Positions 19,985 through 28,627 of a DNA stretch of 64,000 nt are shown here, piece after piece. Below the pieces are notes generated by a model. It was not told the DNA's origin. It was given only the letters and a program-made list of their open reading frames with translations, and did not search any database. Source of the DNA: Gammaproteobacteria bacterium (GTDB lineage: Bacteria; Pseudomonadota; Gammaproteobacteria; UBA4575). Within the stretch, counting starts at the first letter, position 1; each line of letters opens with the position of its first letter. The stretch is taken from assembly GCA_965243395.1 (NCBI GenBank), contig CBDEUS010000002.1, forward strand, positions 640,001-704,000, written 5' to 3'. Made by a program: the position numbers and the translations under genes.

Positions 19985-19998
19985 TTGTTCTAGATCAG
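19985..19998 (-). promoter_or_regulatory. FNR-like box (minus strand CTGAT-CTAG-AACAA)
   Basis: Minus-strand TACTAT -10 hexamer at 19962-19957, 22 nt downstream. Confidence 0.6.
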
Positions 19999-20033
19999 TT
20001 AGATATAAAAAAACTTTTATTTTTTTATGAAAG

Positions 20034-20525
20034 TTATTTCGAGCTTGGAACTTCTTGAATAGAATTTAGAAATAATAGTAATTCAAATATTTTCCCTCTT
20101 ACTAATGTGTTCGCGTGTTCTGGGCTAACTTCGTACCAGGATTCTTCCGTATACCGATCACCCCAAATAGGCATTAGTCGAGGGCCATGAGATTTTACTA
20201 ACTCTCTCCCATCTATGATCATATAGGTCTCTAGAAAGGGAAAATCACCGTTATTTTCCTTTGCAAGTTTAGTCAGATCGGATGGTTTGAAAACCAATGC
20301 AAATGCATAGGGTCCATTACCTCGACCATTATCTCCATGACACAATGCACATCTTTGTTGAAATTCTCGAGCACCTGCTGAAACTGCATCTGTAGGCTCA
20401 GAGGCAAAAGAAAAAGTGAATAATCCAAAAAATATGTAAATAATTGTATAAATACAAAAACTTTTCACCTTGGCTACAAGAAAGGGGTGAATGAAAAAAT
20501 TATACTTATCTATCAAGCACATCAT
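20034..20525 (-). CDS. Monohaem c-type cytochrome; true start possibly GTG at 20468
   Basis: Signal-like segment, CALCHG, PSDLT, HG...MPIWG (Met axial ligand). Confidence 0.85.
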   Translation of the reverse strand: MMCLIDKYNFFIHPFLVAKVKSFCIYTIIYIFFGLFTFSFASEPTDAVSAGAREFQQRCALCHGDNGRGNGPYAFALVFKPSDLTKLAKENNGDFPFLETYMIIDGRELVKSHGPRLMPIWGDRYTEESWYEVSPEHANTLVRGKIFELLLFLNSIQEVPSSK

Positions 20526-20874
20526 CTCGATGAGTTTCTATTGCATCAATTACTTTTGTAGTGAGGCTTTTCCCAACATCAAGGTCTGATAAAGACTTTT
20601 TTACGCATTCCATCATTGCGTCAACGTGCTCATCACTTAGACCTTTTTCCACCGCACCTTTATGTGCGCGACGCATGTCCTTACCAATATAAAGTGAAGG
20701 GCCACCAAATATATAGGTTAAAAATGCGGACATTTTTCTTTTTTGTTTTTCAACGTCTATATTTTCAAAAAAGCTATTGATACGGTCATCATCAAGTATG
20801 TGTACATATAAGTAATGAGAGGCTTTTTCCACAGTTTCTTTGCCACCTAACTCTTCATATAGTGATTGATCCAT
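20506..20874 (-). CDS. Group I truncated haemoglobin (GlbN-like)
   Basis: SLYEELGG, D.RI..FF, FLT..FGGP..Y.GKDM..AH. Confidence 0.9.
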   Translation of the reverse strand: MDQSLYEELGGKETVEKASHYLYVHILDDDRINSFFENIDVEKQKRKMSAFLTYIFGGPSLYIGKDMRRAHKGAVEKGLSDEHVDAMMECVKKSLSDLDVGKSLTTKVIDAIETHRDDVLDR

Positions 20875-20935
20875 GTTGATCCTTTTTTCTTGAGTGTAAG
20901 TTTGAAAATTCTATATATAAGTACACAAATCTATA

Positions 20936-20949
20936 TTGTTCTAAATCAG
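20936..20949 (-). promoter_or_regulatory. FNR-like box (minus strand CTGAT-TTAG-AACAA) upstream of globin-cytochrome c
   Basis: Minus-strand TAGAAT -10 hexamer at 20913-20908, 22 nt downstream. Confidence 0.65.
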
Positions 20950-20968
20950 TAAAAATATAAATTGTTAG

Positions 20969-21643
20969 TTAGAAAGTGCGTCCAATTCCAATAAAATAGA
21001 CCCAAGGGTCTATTTCGATATCAACATCTCTATTTATTCCATTTGTTTTTAGTGTCGCGTCCGCATCAATGTCCGCATACCATACTGCAGCATTAAAAAA
21101 CCATTTGTCGTTTATAGAAATATCAGCACCTACTTGAGCTGCAAGCCCCAAAGAGTCATCTATATCAAGCCGAGTATCACCACCAAGTGCAGTTTCGAGC
21201 GATGAAGATACATCTTCATCGGGGAAGTGTGTGTAGTTGACACCTGCACCGACATAAGGACGGAACTTGCCTGTACCATTAAAATGATATTGAAGTGATA
21301 AGGTAGGTGGGAAAACATCTACATCTGCAATTTTTCCTAGGGCATTTAATCCATCTTTACCGCGTAAATCATGTGTTGCAGGGGTTACACCTAATAACTC
21401 AATTGCAATCTTTGAAGTTAGCATGTAACCAATTGTAAAACCTAATGTAACGTCATTATCAACACCAACCTCAGTGTTGGGAATTCCTTCTACATCGTTA
21501 CTACTATCGTTTGGTTCAATAAGGGCGGGACCTATTCTGGCAAACCAAGTGCCTTTTTCATATGCAAAGCTCGACTGAGTATAAATAACAATGAAAAATA
21601 TGATTATTATTTTAATAAAACTTTTGCGACTGAAGGTTAACAT
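20969..21643 (-). CDS. ompW: Outer membrane protein OmpW
   Basis: Signal peptide, PPTLSLQYHF, RPYVGAGVNYT, IDPWVY..G..F terminus. Confidence 0.92.
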   Translation of the reverse strand: MLTFSRKSFIKIIIIFFIVIYTQSSFAYEKGTWFARIGPALIEPNDSSNDVEGIPNTEVGVDNDVTLGFTIGYMLTSKIAIELLGVTPATHDLRGKDGLNALGKIADVDVFPPTLSLQYHFNGTGKFRPYVGAGVNYTHFPDEDVSSSLETALGGDTRLDIDDSLGLAAQVGADISINDKWFFNAAVWYADIDADATLKTNGINRDVDIEIDPWVYFIGIGRTF

Positions 21644-21737
21644 TTTATTCTTTTAATTTTCTTAATAGATAAATTAATAAATACGTTTTAAAAATCTTAG
21701 TATTATTAAAATCTAGCAAAGTTTAAATTTTGTTTAA

Positions 21738-21751
21738 CTGACTTATGTCAG
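21738..21751 (-). promoter_or_regulatory. FNR-like palindrome CTGAC-TTAT-GTCAG upstream of ompW
   Basis: Perfect 5-4-5 palindrome; minus-strand TAGATT at 21715-21710, 22 nt downstream. Confidence 0.6.
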
Positions 21752-21896
21752 CTCAAAATAAAATGTAGACTTTCTATATAAAAAGGAATAGATTTTTATA
21801 AATATTTATTAACGTTATATGATCAATAAGAATCAACACACAGTTTTTCTAAATTAATATTTATTTAAATTAGAAAAGAGTGGCTATTAGAAATCC

Positions 21897-22280
21897 ATGC
21901 AGTCTATTTATGAAATTACTAAAATAGTTCATATCGCTACTGCATTTTTGTCGATTAGTAGTTTTATTTTAAGAGGAGTTTGGATGATGAAATCTTCCTC
22001 TCTATTGCAGAATCGTTGGGTAAAAGTAGTGCCTCATATTAACGACACGATTCTATTAATTGCAGCAATTATTTTAGTTATAGTCACTGCCCAATATCCG
22101 GGCCCAACGACCTGGATCAACATAAAAATAATTGCTTTAATTATTTATATTATATTGGGAACGATTGCATTGAAACGTGGCAAGACCATGCGCGTGAGAG
22201 TAATAGCCTTTGTTTCAGCAGTTTTGATATTTGTATTTATATTTGATGTGGCGATGAGCAAGACAGTACAACTTTGGTAA
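21897..22280 (+). CDS. SirB2/YchQ family membrane protein
   Basis: K..H....LS...F..RG, PHINDTILL, KIIAL..YI.LG..ALK. Confidence 0.88.
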   Translation: MQSIYEITKIVHIATAFLSISSFILRGVWMMKSSSLLQNRWVKVVPHINDTILLIAAIILVIVTAQYPGPTTWINIKIIALIIYIILGTIALKRGKTMRVRVIAFVSAVLIFVFIFDVAMSKTVQLW

Positions 22281-22294
22281 TTAATTATATAAAG

Positions 22295-23032
22295 TTAATT
22301 CAAGTTATAGTCACCTTCAGCAATCCCGCATAATTTTTCGTGGTTAAGGATAGCTATTTTTTTGCGATCTGCATTAATAAGTTTATTTTCTTTGAATTTG
22401 GAAATTAGTCGGCTGACGGTCTCATCTGCAAGTCCTAAATAGTTGCCGATATCATAGCGACTCATAGTGAGATCAAATTCTTCAGCAGAATAGCCACGCG
22501 CTTTAAAACGACCCGATAGATTAATTAAAAAAGTTGCTAATTTTTGTTCAGCATTTCTTCTGGCTAGCAAAAGCAGCATCGTATGATCTTTTGTAATTTC
22601 ATCACTGATTAGACTTAATAATTGTTGTTGCAACCCTGGAATTTTCACGCATAAAACATTTAATTCATCAATGGGTAGTTCACAAATAGTAGCAGTATCT
22701 AAAGCCACTCCAGAGCAGCTATGTATATGATTATCAAGGCCATCCAAACCCAATATTTCACCTGGTAAGTGGAAGCCTAAAACCTGTTCTTCACCATTTT
22801 TAGCAGTAGTGAAAGTTTTTACTGAGCCAGATCGCACCGCATAAATACAGCCAGAACTCTCACCCTGGTTAAAAATTCGCTCATTTTTTTGTAGTAGTCT
22901 TCGTTGTTTAATGACGTCATCTAAAGAATTTAGATCGTTGTTGTTTAAACCTCTTGGCAGGCATAACTCCACTAAAGAGCAATTTTTGCAAGATGCCTTA
23001 AGTGATTTGAAATTGACTTTTTGCTCTTCCAT
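22295..23032 (-). CDS. fnr: FNR/Anr oxygen-sensing Crp-family regulator
   Basis: N-terminal CKNCSLVELC plus a central Cys (4Fe-4S ligands), GFHLPGE..GLD, HTH SRYDIGNYLGLADETVSR. Confidence 0.92.
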   Translation of the reverse strand: MEEQKVNFKSLKASCKNCSLVELCLPRGLNNNDLNSLDDVIKQRRLLQKNERIFNQGESSGCIYAVRSGSVKTFTTAKNGEEQVLGFHLPGEILGLDGLDNHIHSCSGVALDTATICELPIDELNVLCVKIPGLQQQLLSLISDEITKDHTMLLLLARRNAEQKLATFLINLSGRFKARGYSAEEFDLTMSRYDIGNYLGLADETVSRLISKFKENKLINADRKKIAILNHEKLCGIAEGDYNLN

Positions 23033-23146
23033 GTTTGAGATTATTCCAATCTATAATTTGTTCTATTTAAATCATGTGCTTGCAATTACTTGATTTGTTC
23101 AATATTGCAACACATTGATCTAGCTGCTTGCGCATCTCTGCGAATA

Positions 23147-23160
23147 CTGATCTGGATCAG
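23147..23160. promoter_or_regulatory. Palindrome CTGAT-CTGG-ATCAG (FNR-type site) in the fnr/GST divergent region
   Basis: Perfect 5-4-5 palindrome exactly 60 bp from a second copy. Confidence 0.65.
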
Positions 23161-23206
23161 TAAATAACTCAATTTTCCCTGAGATCAATAATACCCCTTA
23201 TTTTTC

Positions 23207-23220
23207 CTGATGTGGATCAG
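23207..23220 (+). promoter_or_regulatory. Palindrome CTGAT-GTGG-ATCAG (FNR-type site) for the GST-GST-AlkB-like operon
   Basis: Perfect 5-4-5 palindrome; TATTCT -10 hexamer at 23242-23247, 21 nt downstream. Confidence 0.7.
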
Positions 23221-23374
23221 AATCTAGAGACGTTATCTCAGTATTCTTGCTGAACAGTTAGCAAGGTACTTGTTGCATCAATATATTCCATAGTTTGTAT
23301 GTGGGGAAATAAGACGCCAATTAGCAAGTATCTGGGTAGGCCAAATCAGAAACAATTTTACGGAGACCAAAATT

Positions 23375-23962
23375 ATGGGTTTATTCAGTAAGTCAAAACC
23401 GAAAGAAAGTGAAAAAACAAAACTACTATGCATTCAGGGCGATGCTTCGTCATATAAGTGTCTTTTCCTGGCTTCCTTTAGAAAGTTACCGGTTGAAGTT
23501 GAATGGGGTGAGCCATCCACACTCGACGACAAAATGTCTGAATCTCTAAATATGTCAAATTTACATCGCTATCCGTGTATTGAAGATGGAGATTTCACAA
23601 TTTGTGGTGAAAGTGCAGTTCTTACTTATCTAAACATTAAAGGACGCACGCCTACCATCCATCCAAGAAAAGCAAGAGTACTTGCAATGCAACAATACTG
23701 GATACAAGTTTTAGCAACTAAATGTGAAGGTGAAAACATTCCTGCAGTATTAAATGAATTAGAAAAAACACTGGAAGGAAATAAATATATTGTTGGCGAA
23801 CTTTCACTAGCAGATTTTCATTGGGCGGCAACATTTAAGGCTCTGGAAGAAGTTGGTAACGCGCCAGACATTTCAAACTATAAAAATATTAGTAACTGGT
23901 ATGCACATATGAAGAGCGAAATTCCAAGCTTTGATGTAAGTAGTGAGAAAGTTGCGGCATAA
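23375..23962 (+). CDS. Glutathione S-transferase-fold protein (divergent)
   Basis: YP.IEDGDF.I.GESAVL.YL (GST-N) and LE..L....YIVGELSLADF (GST-C). Confidence 0.8.
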   Translation: MGLFSKSKPKESEKTKLLCIQGDASSYKCLFLASFRKLPVEVEWGEPSTLDDKMSESLNMSNLHRYPCIEDGDFTICGESAVLTYLNIKGRTPTIHPRKARVLAMQQYWIQVLATKCEGENIPAVLNELEKTLEGNKYIVGELSLADFHWAATFKALEEVGNAPDISNYKNISNWYAHMKSEIPSFDVSSEKVAA

Positions 23963-24004
23963 AGTTTTTATTTAAGATTTATTTTATTACATAGGAATTA
24001 AGTT

Positions 24005-24799
24005 ATGACTGATTTATTTGAACAAATGGCTGAAAAGTCCGGGGGCCAAAGTAATGCGGGTTACGGCGCATCTGGTGAAATGAAAAAAACACAATATGTA
24101 TTAGAACTGATAGGGTCTCCTGCAGATGCAGACACATTAAAGTGTGTAATTACTGCAGCTGAGCAAGGAATGGAAATGAATTGTTACAGCATGGTTACTG
24201 ACAAAACAGATGATTTTGATCAACAAATTTCAGAATTATCACCTTTGTCAATTACTCCATGTTTAAAGGAAGCAGATTTTTATACATGTGGAAGTAGTGC
24301 AATAACCGCTTTTGCCGACGCTAGAGGTCTAGGCTATGCACTTACTCCGCGCAATGCGTCACTCGCGGCAATGCAAGAGTATTGGGTGGATATTGCAGTA
24401 ACAAATGTTGCGCCTTTAGTTGAACAAATTGTTGATGAAGTATTTGTCAAAAAATATGGTGATGCATCATACACATCTGATCAAAACTCCATTGATTCTG
24501 CTGGAGAGGGATTAAAAATATTTTTTGATGCTTTAGATCAACAACTTCAAAACAATAAATATATTGTGTGTGATAAATACACCTGGGCAGATCTTCATTG
24601 GACTGCCTATGCACATCTTTTAGATGTGGCGGGTTGTAGTGCATTGATAAACGAACGTGCACATGTCAAACAATGGTTTGACCGTATCAAAACACGTAAA
24701 GCACAGTGCGGACAGGATGAAATTGCCTATGAAATATTACCAAGTGTTGAAGAAACTCAACAAGGCAAAATCAAGTCTGTCGTCATTAGTGATTTTTAA
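24005..24799 (+). CDS. Glutathione S-transferase-fold protein (divergent)
   Basis: SPL..TPCL.E.DF...GS.AI..F, LDQQL.N.KYIV.D.YTWADL, V.QWFDRI..R. Confidence 0.8.
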   Translation: MTDLFEQMAEKSGGQSNAGYGASGEMKKTQYVLELIGSPADADTLKCVITAAEQGMEMNCYSMVTDKTDDFDQQISELSPLSITPCLKEADFYTCGSSAITAFADARGLGYALTPRNASLAAMQEYWVDIAVTNVAPLVEQIVDEVFVKKYGDASYTSDQNSIDSAGEGLKIFFDALDQQLQNNKYIVCDKYTWADLHWTAYAHLLDVAGCSALINERAHVKQWFDRIKTRKAQCGQDEIAYEILPSVEETQQGKIKSVVISDF

Positions 24800-24847
24800 T
24801 AACAAAAATAATTATTAATATTTAAATCTAAGTAGTGGGAGTAAAAA

Positions 24848-26032
24848 ATGCATAAATTTTTAGTAAATTTTCGATATTTAGAAACGCCGATACTAATTTT
24901 CATGACACTAGTGGGATTAGTAATTGGGGGTCCTTGGGTATGGACCGGAGTCGTATTACTAATTGCTTCAGTCATTATCGACTGGGCAACCAGTGCAATG
25001 AAATCTGTGCAGTGCGGCCCTGCGGGTAGAGACGAGGATGGTGACTTATATGGAGTTGCTTCATTTTTAAAAGTCATGATGTGGATACAGTACCCAATAT
25101 TTGTCATGCTCCAGTTAGCACTTGTCTGGCGAGTTTATGAATACGCCAATGGTGTTTCTTTTGGGCCAGATGAAATTTTAGGGATTACTATTCACCATGG
25201 TCTTACAACATGGGGGATGGTAGGTGCAACCATTTCTGCAGGCATTTATTTAGGCCTTGGGATTATGTTTGGACATGAGCTCGCTCATACTAAGGGTCCA
25301 ACATTTGTCCTAGCTCGTTGGATGATGGCATTAAGTGGTATTGCACATTTCTGTTATGCGCATGTGTACAACCATCATTTAGAATTAGGTTGTGAAGATG
25401 ATCCTGCTACATCACCACGCGGCCGTAATATCTATAAACATTATCTACTCTCTCACTTTGGACAATCACGTTTTCTTTATGTGATGGAGCGCCAACGTCT
25501 TAAGAAGAAAGGCGTACCTTTTATCTCATGGCAAAATCGATGGATTCGTGGATATGCAATGAGTTTACCAACCATCTTTGTATTTTGGTTTGCGGCCGGA
25601 TGGATTGGCTTAGCTGTAATGGTAGGGTCTTGGGTAATTTCTGCATTTGAATTAGAAGTACTCAACTACCTAGAGCACTATGGATTGATTCGCGAAAAAG
25701 GTCAGCCTATTGATTATCACCATTCGTGGGACGTTGGCGATTCTCCATTCACGCAATGGGGTTTCATTGAGATCGGTCGCCAAGCAGATCACCATGACCG
25801 AGGTGAAACCCATTTCTGGGAACTAGAAGATTGCGGAGCTCCTGATACCGGGTATGGCTACTATGCAATGCTTGCGTTACTTCTTGTACCACCGGCATGG
25901 GAACGATTTATCAAACCGCGTCTTGCCGACTGGGATGAAAACAGAGCAAGCGAAGGTGAGCGTAAAATTGCTGCGCGGATGAATTATCTTGCGGGCTGGC
26001 ATGATATGCCGCTATGTGACAAACCTAAATAA
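24848..26032 (+). CDS. Membrane non-haem diiron enzyme, AlkB/XylM (alkane monooxygenase/desaturase) superfamily
   Basis: TM helices; HELAH, HVYNHH, DPATSPRG, NYLEHYGL, HHSW and RQADHH (third His box variant). Substrate unknown. Confidence 0.85.
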   Translation: MHKFLVNFRYLETPILIFMTLVGLVIGGPWVWTGVVLLIASVIIDWATSAMKSVQCGPAGRDEDGDLYGVASFLKVMMWIQYPIFVMLQLALVWRVYEYANGVSFGPDEILGITIHHGLTTWGMVGATISAGIYLGLGIMFGHELAHTKGPTFVLARWMMALSGIAHFCYAHVYNHHLELGCEDDPATSPRGRNIYKHYLLSHFGQSRFLYVMERQRLKKKGVPFISWQNRWIRGYAMSLPTIFVFWFAAGWIGLAVMVGSWVISAFELEVLNYLEHYGLIREKGQPIDYHHSWDVGDSPFTQWGFIEIGRQADHHDRGETHFWELEDCGAPDTGYGYYAMLALLLVPPAWERFIKPRLADWDENRASEGERKIAARMNYLAGWHDMPLCDKPK

Positions 26033-26067
26033 AAAATATTTAACGAATCAAATACGAGGTAATAATC

Positions 26068-26280
26068 ATGTCAAGAGTTCAACTAGCTATACTTGCAATC
26101 GCAGCTTTTACAGGTGTTTCGGGTTTCATTCTTTATTCACTTGGAATTGGAGACCATCATTTTAATCCGCTTTGGGCGCTTGGAACTTCAATTGTCTTTT
26201 TAATTATTTTATTAATTGATGTTTGGATGTTCTTTGCTATTTCAGGTGAAGATGCCTTCAAGTGGGATCCTGAAACATAA
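26068..26280 (+). CDS. Small two-TM hypothetical protein
   Basis: GAGG SD, two hydrophobic helices, last gene before a terminator. Confidence 0.7.
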   Translation: MSRVQLAILAIAAFTGVSGFILYSLGIGDHHFNPLWALGTSIVFLIILLIDVWMFFAISGEDAFKWDPET

Positions 26281-26300
26281 AAAAACGTTAACACTAAAAC

Positions 26301-26334
26301 AAAAAACCGCAGTTATATTGACTGCGGTTTTTTT
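26301..26334 (+). terminator. Rho-independent terminator
   Basis: AAAAAACCGCAGT..ACTGCGG-TTTTTTT hairpin with U tract. Confidence 0.85.
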
Positions 26335-26422
26335 ATCTAAAATAAAAATTTTAATTGTATAAATTAATGATATCCCGATTTAGAAAAATCAAATAGTACC
26401 TTCCGGTCAAATACATATTTAT

Positions 26423-26436
26423 CTGTTTTAGATCAA
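26423..26436 (+). promoter_or_regulatory. FNR-like box CTGTT-TTAG-ATCAA upstream of the Yip1-cco operon
   Basis: CATACT hexamer at 26459-26464, 22 nt downstream; cco operons are classic FNR targets. Confidence 0.6.
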
Positions 26437-26540
26437 TACACCAAAATATTTTTCATTACATACTGTATATGTATGAAAGCTCCTCCTTTTAATTAGACGA
26501 ACCAATTTAACATGTATACAAGATGTAAATATTTTACAGA

Positions 26541-27182
26541 TTGCTTAAGGAAATGATTAACGCTCCTATGAAAAATACATTGCCTTCATGTTTGTTGGTT
26601 CGTCTATTTTTTCAACCTACACGAATTTTTACCGAATTAGCAGAACTTACACCATCATCATCGTTAGTGTTTTTTAAAGCTGCATTATGGTTAGGCTTAT
26701 TGCCTCCTATATTCGCTTATTTTGGAACAAGCATATTTGGTTGGAGGTTGGGAACAGTAGAACCAATTTTTCTTCAAAAAGAAATTTTACTCAGCATTAG
26801 TGTTGCATATTTTTGTGTTTTGTTAATTGGATTTTTAACTTCTGCATTAGTTTCTCAATGGATGTCAAAAACATATGGTGCGCGGGAATCGTTTGGAACT
26901 CATTTTGCATTGGTCACAATTGTAGGTGCACCCTTAGCAGTGGGAAGTATGATTCATTTGTATCCGGACGTGTTCATAAACATTCTTGTATTTGTTCCCA
27001 TAGTACTTTGGAGCATGTATCTACTTTATCGCGGCTTACCTATTGTTCTTTGTACCACGCCTGAGCGCGGCATGTTAATGGCTTCCTCATTAATTGGTTA
27101 TTTGTTAGTAGCTTTTGTTAGTTTACTAGGGATAACAGTTGTACTTTGGATTAATGGCCTAGGTCCGAGTATGGGTGTGTAG
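26541..27182 (+). CDS. Yip1/DUF1282 family membrane protein
   Basis: FFQP...[16 protein letters not shown].....E.G motifs; multi-TM. Confidence 0.8.
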   Translation: MLKEMINAPMKNTLPSCLLVRLFFQPTRIFTELAELTPSSSLVFFKAALWLGLLPPIFAYFGTSIFGWRLGTVEPIFLQKEILLSISVAYFCVLLIGFLTSALVSQWMSKTYGARESFGTHFALVTIVGAPLAVGSMIHLYPDVFINILVFVPIVLWSMYLLYRGLPIVLCTTPERGMLMASSLIGYLLVAFVSLLGITVVLWINGLGPSMGV

Positions 27183-27184
27183 GC

Positions 27185-28627
27185 ATGGTTGATCCTGCAA
27201 AGAATTTATCTGTAGAAATTTATAGTGATCGCATGGTTACTGTGCTTGTGATGTTTTCAATTTTTTGGTCTGTAGTGGGAATGCTGGCCGGTGTTTATGC
27301 TGCTGCACAATTGATTTGGCCAGTACTAAATTTCGATCTTCCATGGCTGTCTTTTGGAAGGCTAAGAACTTTTCACACTAACGTAGTGATTTTTGGTTTT
27401 GGTGTCTCTGCGTTAATGGGAACGGCCTATTACAGTGTGCAACGCACCTGTCATGTACGTCTTTTCTCCCCTAACCTTGCTTGGTTTACCTGTTGGGCAT
27501 GGCAAATCGCGATATTGATTGGCGGTTTATCTTTATTAGCTGGCTATAACACTTCAAAAGAATATGCGGAACTTGAGTGGCCTTTAGACATTGCAATTAC
27601 TTTGGTCTGGGTATGCTTTGGTATTGTATTTTTTGGAACAATTGCCAAACGAAAAATTAAACAAATTTATATTTCAAATTGGTTTTATGGTGCATTGATA
27701 ATAGTCATTGCCATGTTGCACATAGTAAACAATTTAGAAGTACCGGTTACTTTAACTAAATCCTATTCACTTTATGCCGGCGCACAAGATGCCATTGTGC
27801 AATGGTGGTATGGCCATAATGCTGTAGGCTTTTTATTAACTGGTGGCTTTCTTGGAATGATGTACTACTTTCTTCCTAAACAAGCAGAAAGACCGATATG
27901 GAGTTATAAACTTTCTATAGTGGCATTTTGGGCTTTTACTTATAGTTACATTTGGGCGGGTCCGCACCACCTTCATTTCAATGCCATACCTGATTGGGTC
28001 CAAAACTTGGGAATGCTAATGAGCATACTTTTGCTCGCACCATCCTGGGCATCAATGATTAATGGAATTATGACAGTGAGTACTGCGTGGGAAAAGTTAC
28101 GTAGTGATCCTGCACTAAAGTTTATCGTTCTTGCATTAGCCTTTTATGGATTAGCTACGTTTGAAGGACCGATGTTGGCAATAAAAAGTGTAAACATTAT
28201 TAGTCACTTTACTGAATGGACTGTTGGTCATGTACATTCAGGTGCACTTGGTTGGAATGCCTTGATTACATTTGGCACTTTTTATTTTCTTGTACCGAGA
28301 TTGGTCGGCGCAAAACTTTATAGTGTGCGTTTGGCAAATATACATTTCTGGCTCGCATTAGCAGGAACCATACTCTATATCGTTGCTTTATGGGGTGCGG
28401 GTGTCTCGCAGGGTGTGTTATGGCTCAGCTTGGATGAATTAGGTGAGCTTCGTTATAGCTTTACAGAAATCATGGCTGCGATGAATCCATATTATTTACT
28501 TAGATTTATTGCCGGTTTGATATTTCTAATTGGCGCATTGCTAATGTATTACAACTTTTTTAAAACAATAATCGGTAGGCGCACTATTGCAGTTAGACCT
28601 CCAGTCATTGCCGAGGCTGTAGCATGA
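27185..28627 (+). CDS. ccoN: cbb3-type cytochrome c oxidase subunit I
   Basis: [41 protein letters not shown]. Confidence 0.97.
   Translation: MVDPAKNLSVEIYSDRMVTVLVMFSIFWSVVGMLAGVYAAAQLIWPVLNFDLPWLSFGRLRTFHTNVVIFGFGVSALMGTAYYSVQRTCHVRLFSPNLAWFTCWAWQIAILIGGLSLLAGYNTSKEYAELEWPLDIAITLVWVCFGIVFFGTIAKRKIKQIYISNWFYGALIIVIAMLHIVNNLEVPVTLTKSYSLYAGAQDAIVQWWYGHNAVGFLLTGGFLGMMYYFLPKQAERPIWSYKLSIVAFWAFTYSYIWAGPHHLHFNAIPDWVQNLGMLMSILLLAPSWASMINGIMTVSTAWEKLRSDPALKFIVLALAFYGLATFEGPMLAIKSVNIISHFTEWTVGHVHSGALGWNALITFGTFYFLVPRLVGAKLYSVRLANIHFWLALAGTILYIVALWGAGVSQGVLWLSLDELGELRYSFTEIMAAMNPYYLLRFIAGLIFLIGALLMYYNFFKTIIGRRTIAVRPPVIAEAVA

Noticed and set aside
24848-26032. Naming the gene alkB (canonical alkane hydroxylase)
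   Set aside because: The third His box is altered, no rubredoxin or alk genes are present, and the context differs; only the superfamily is supportable.
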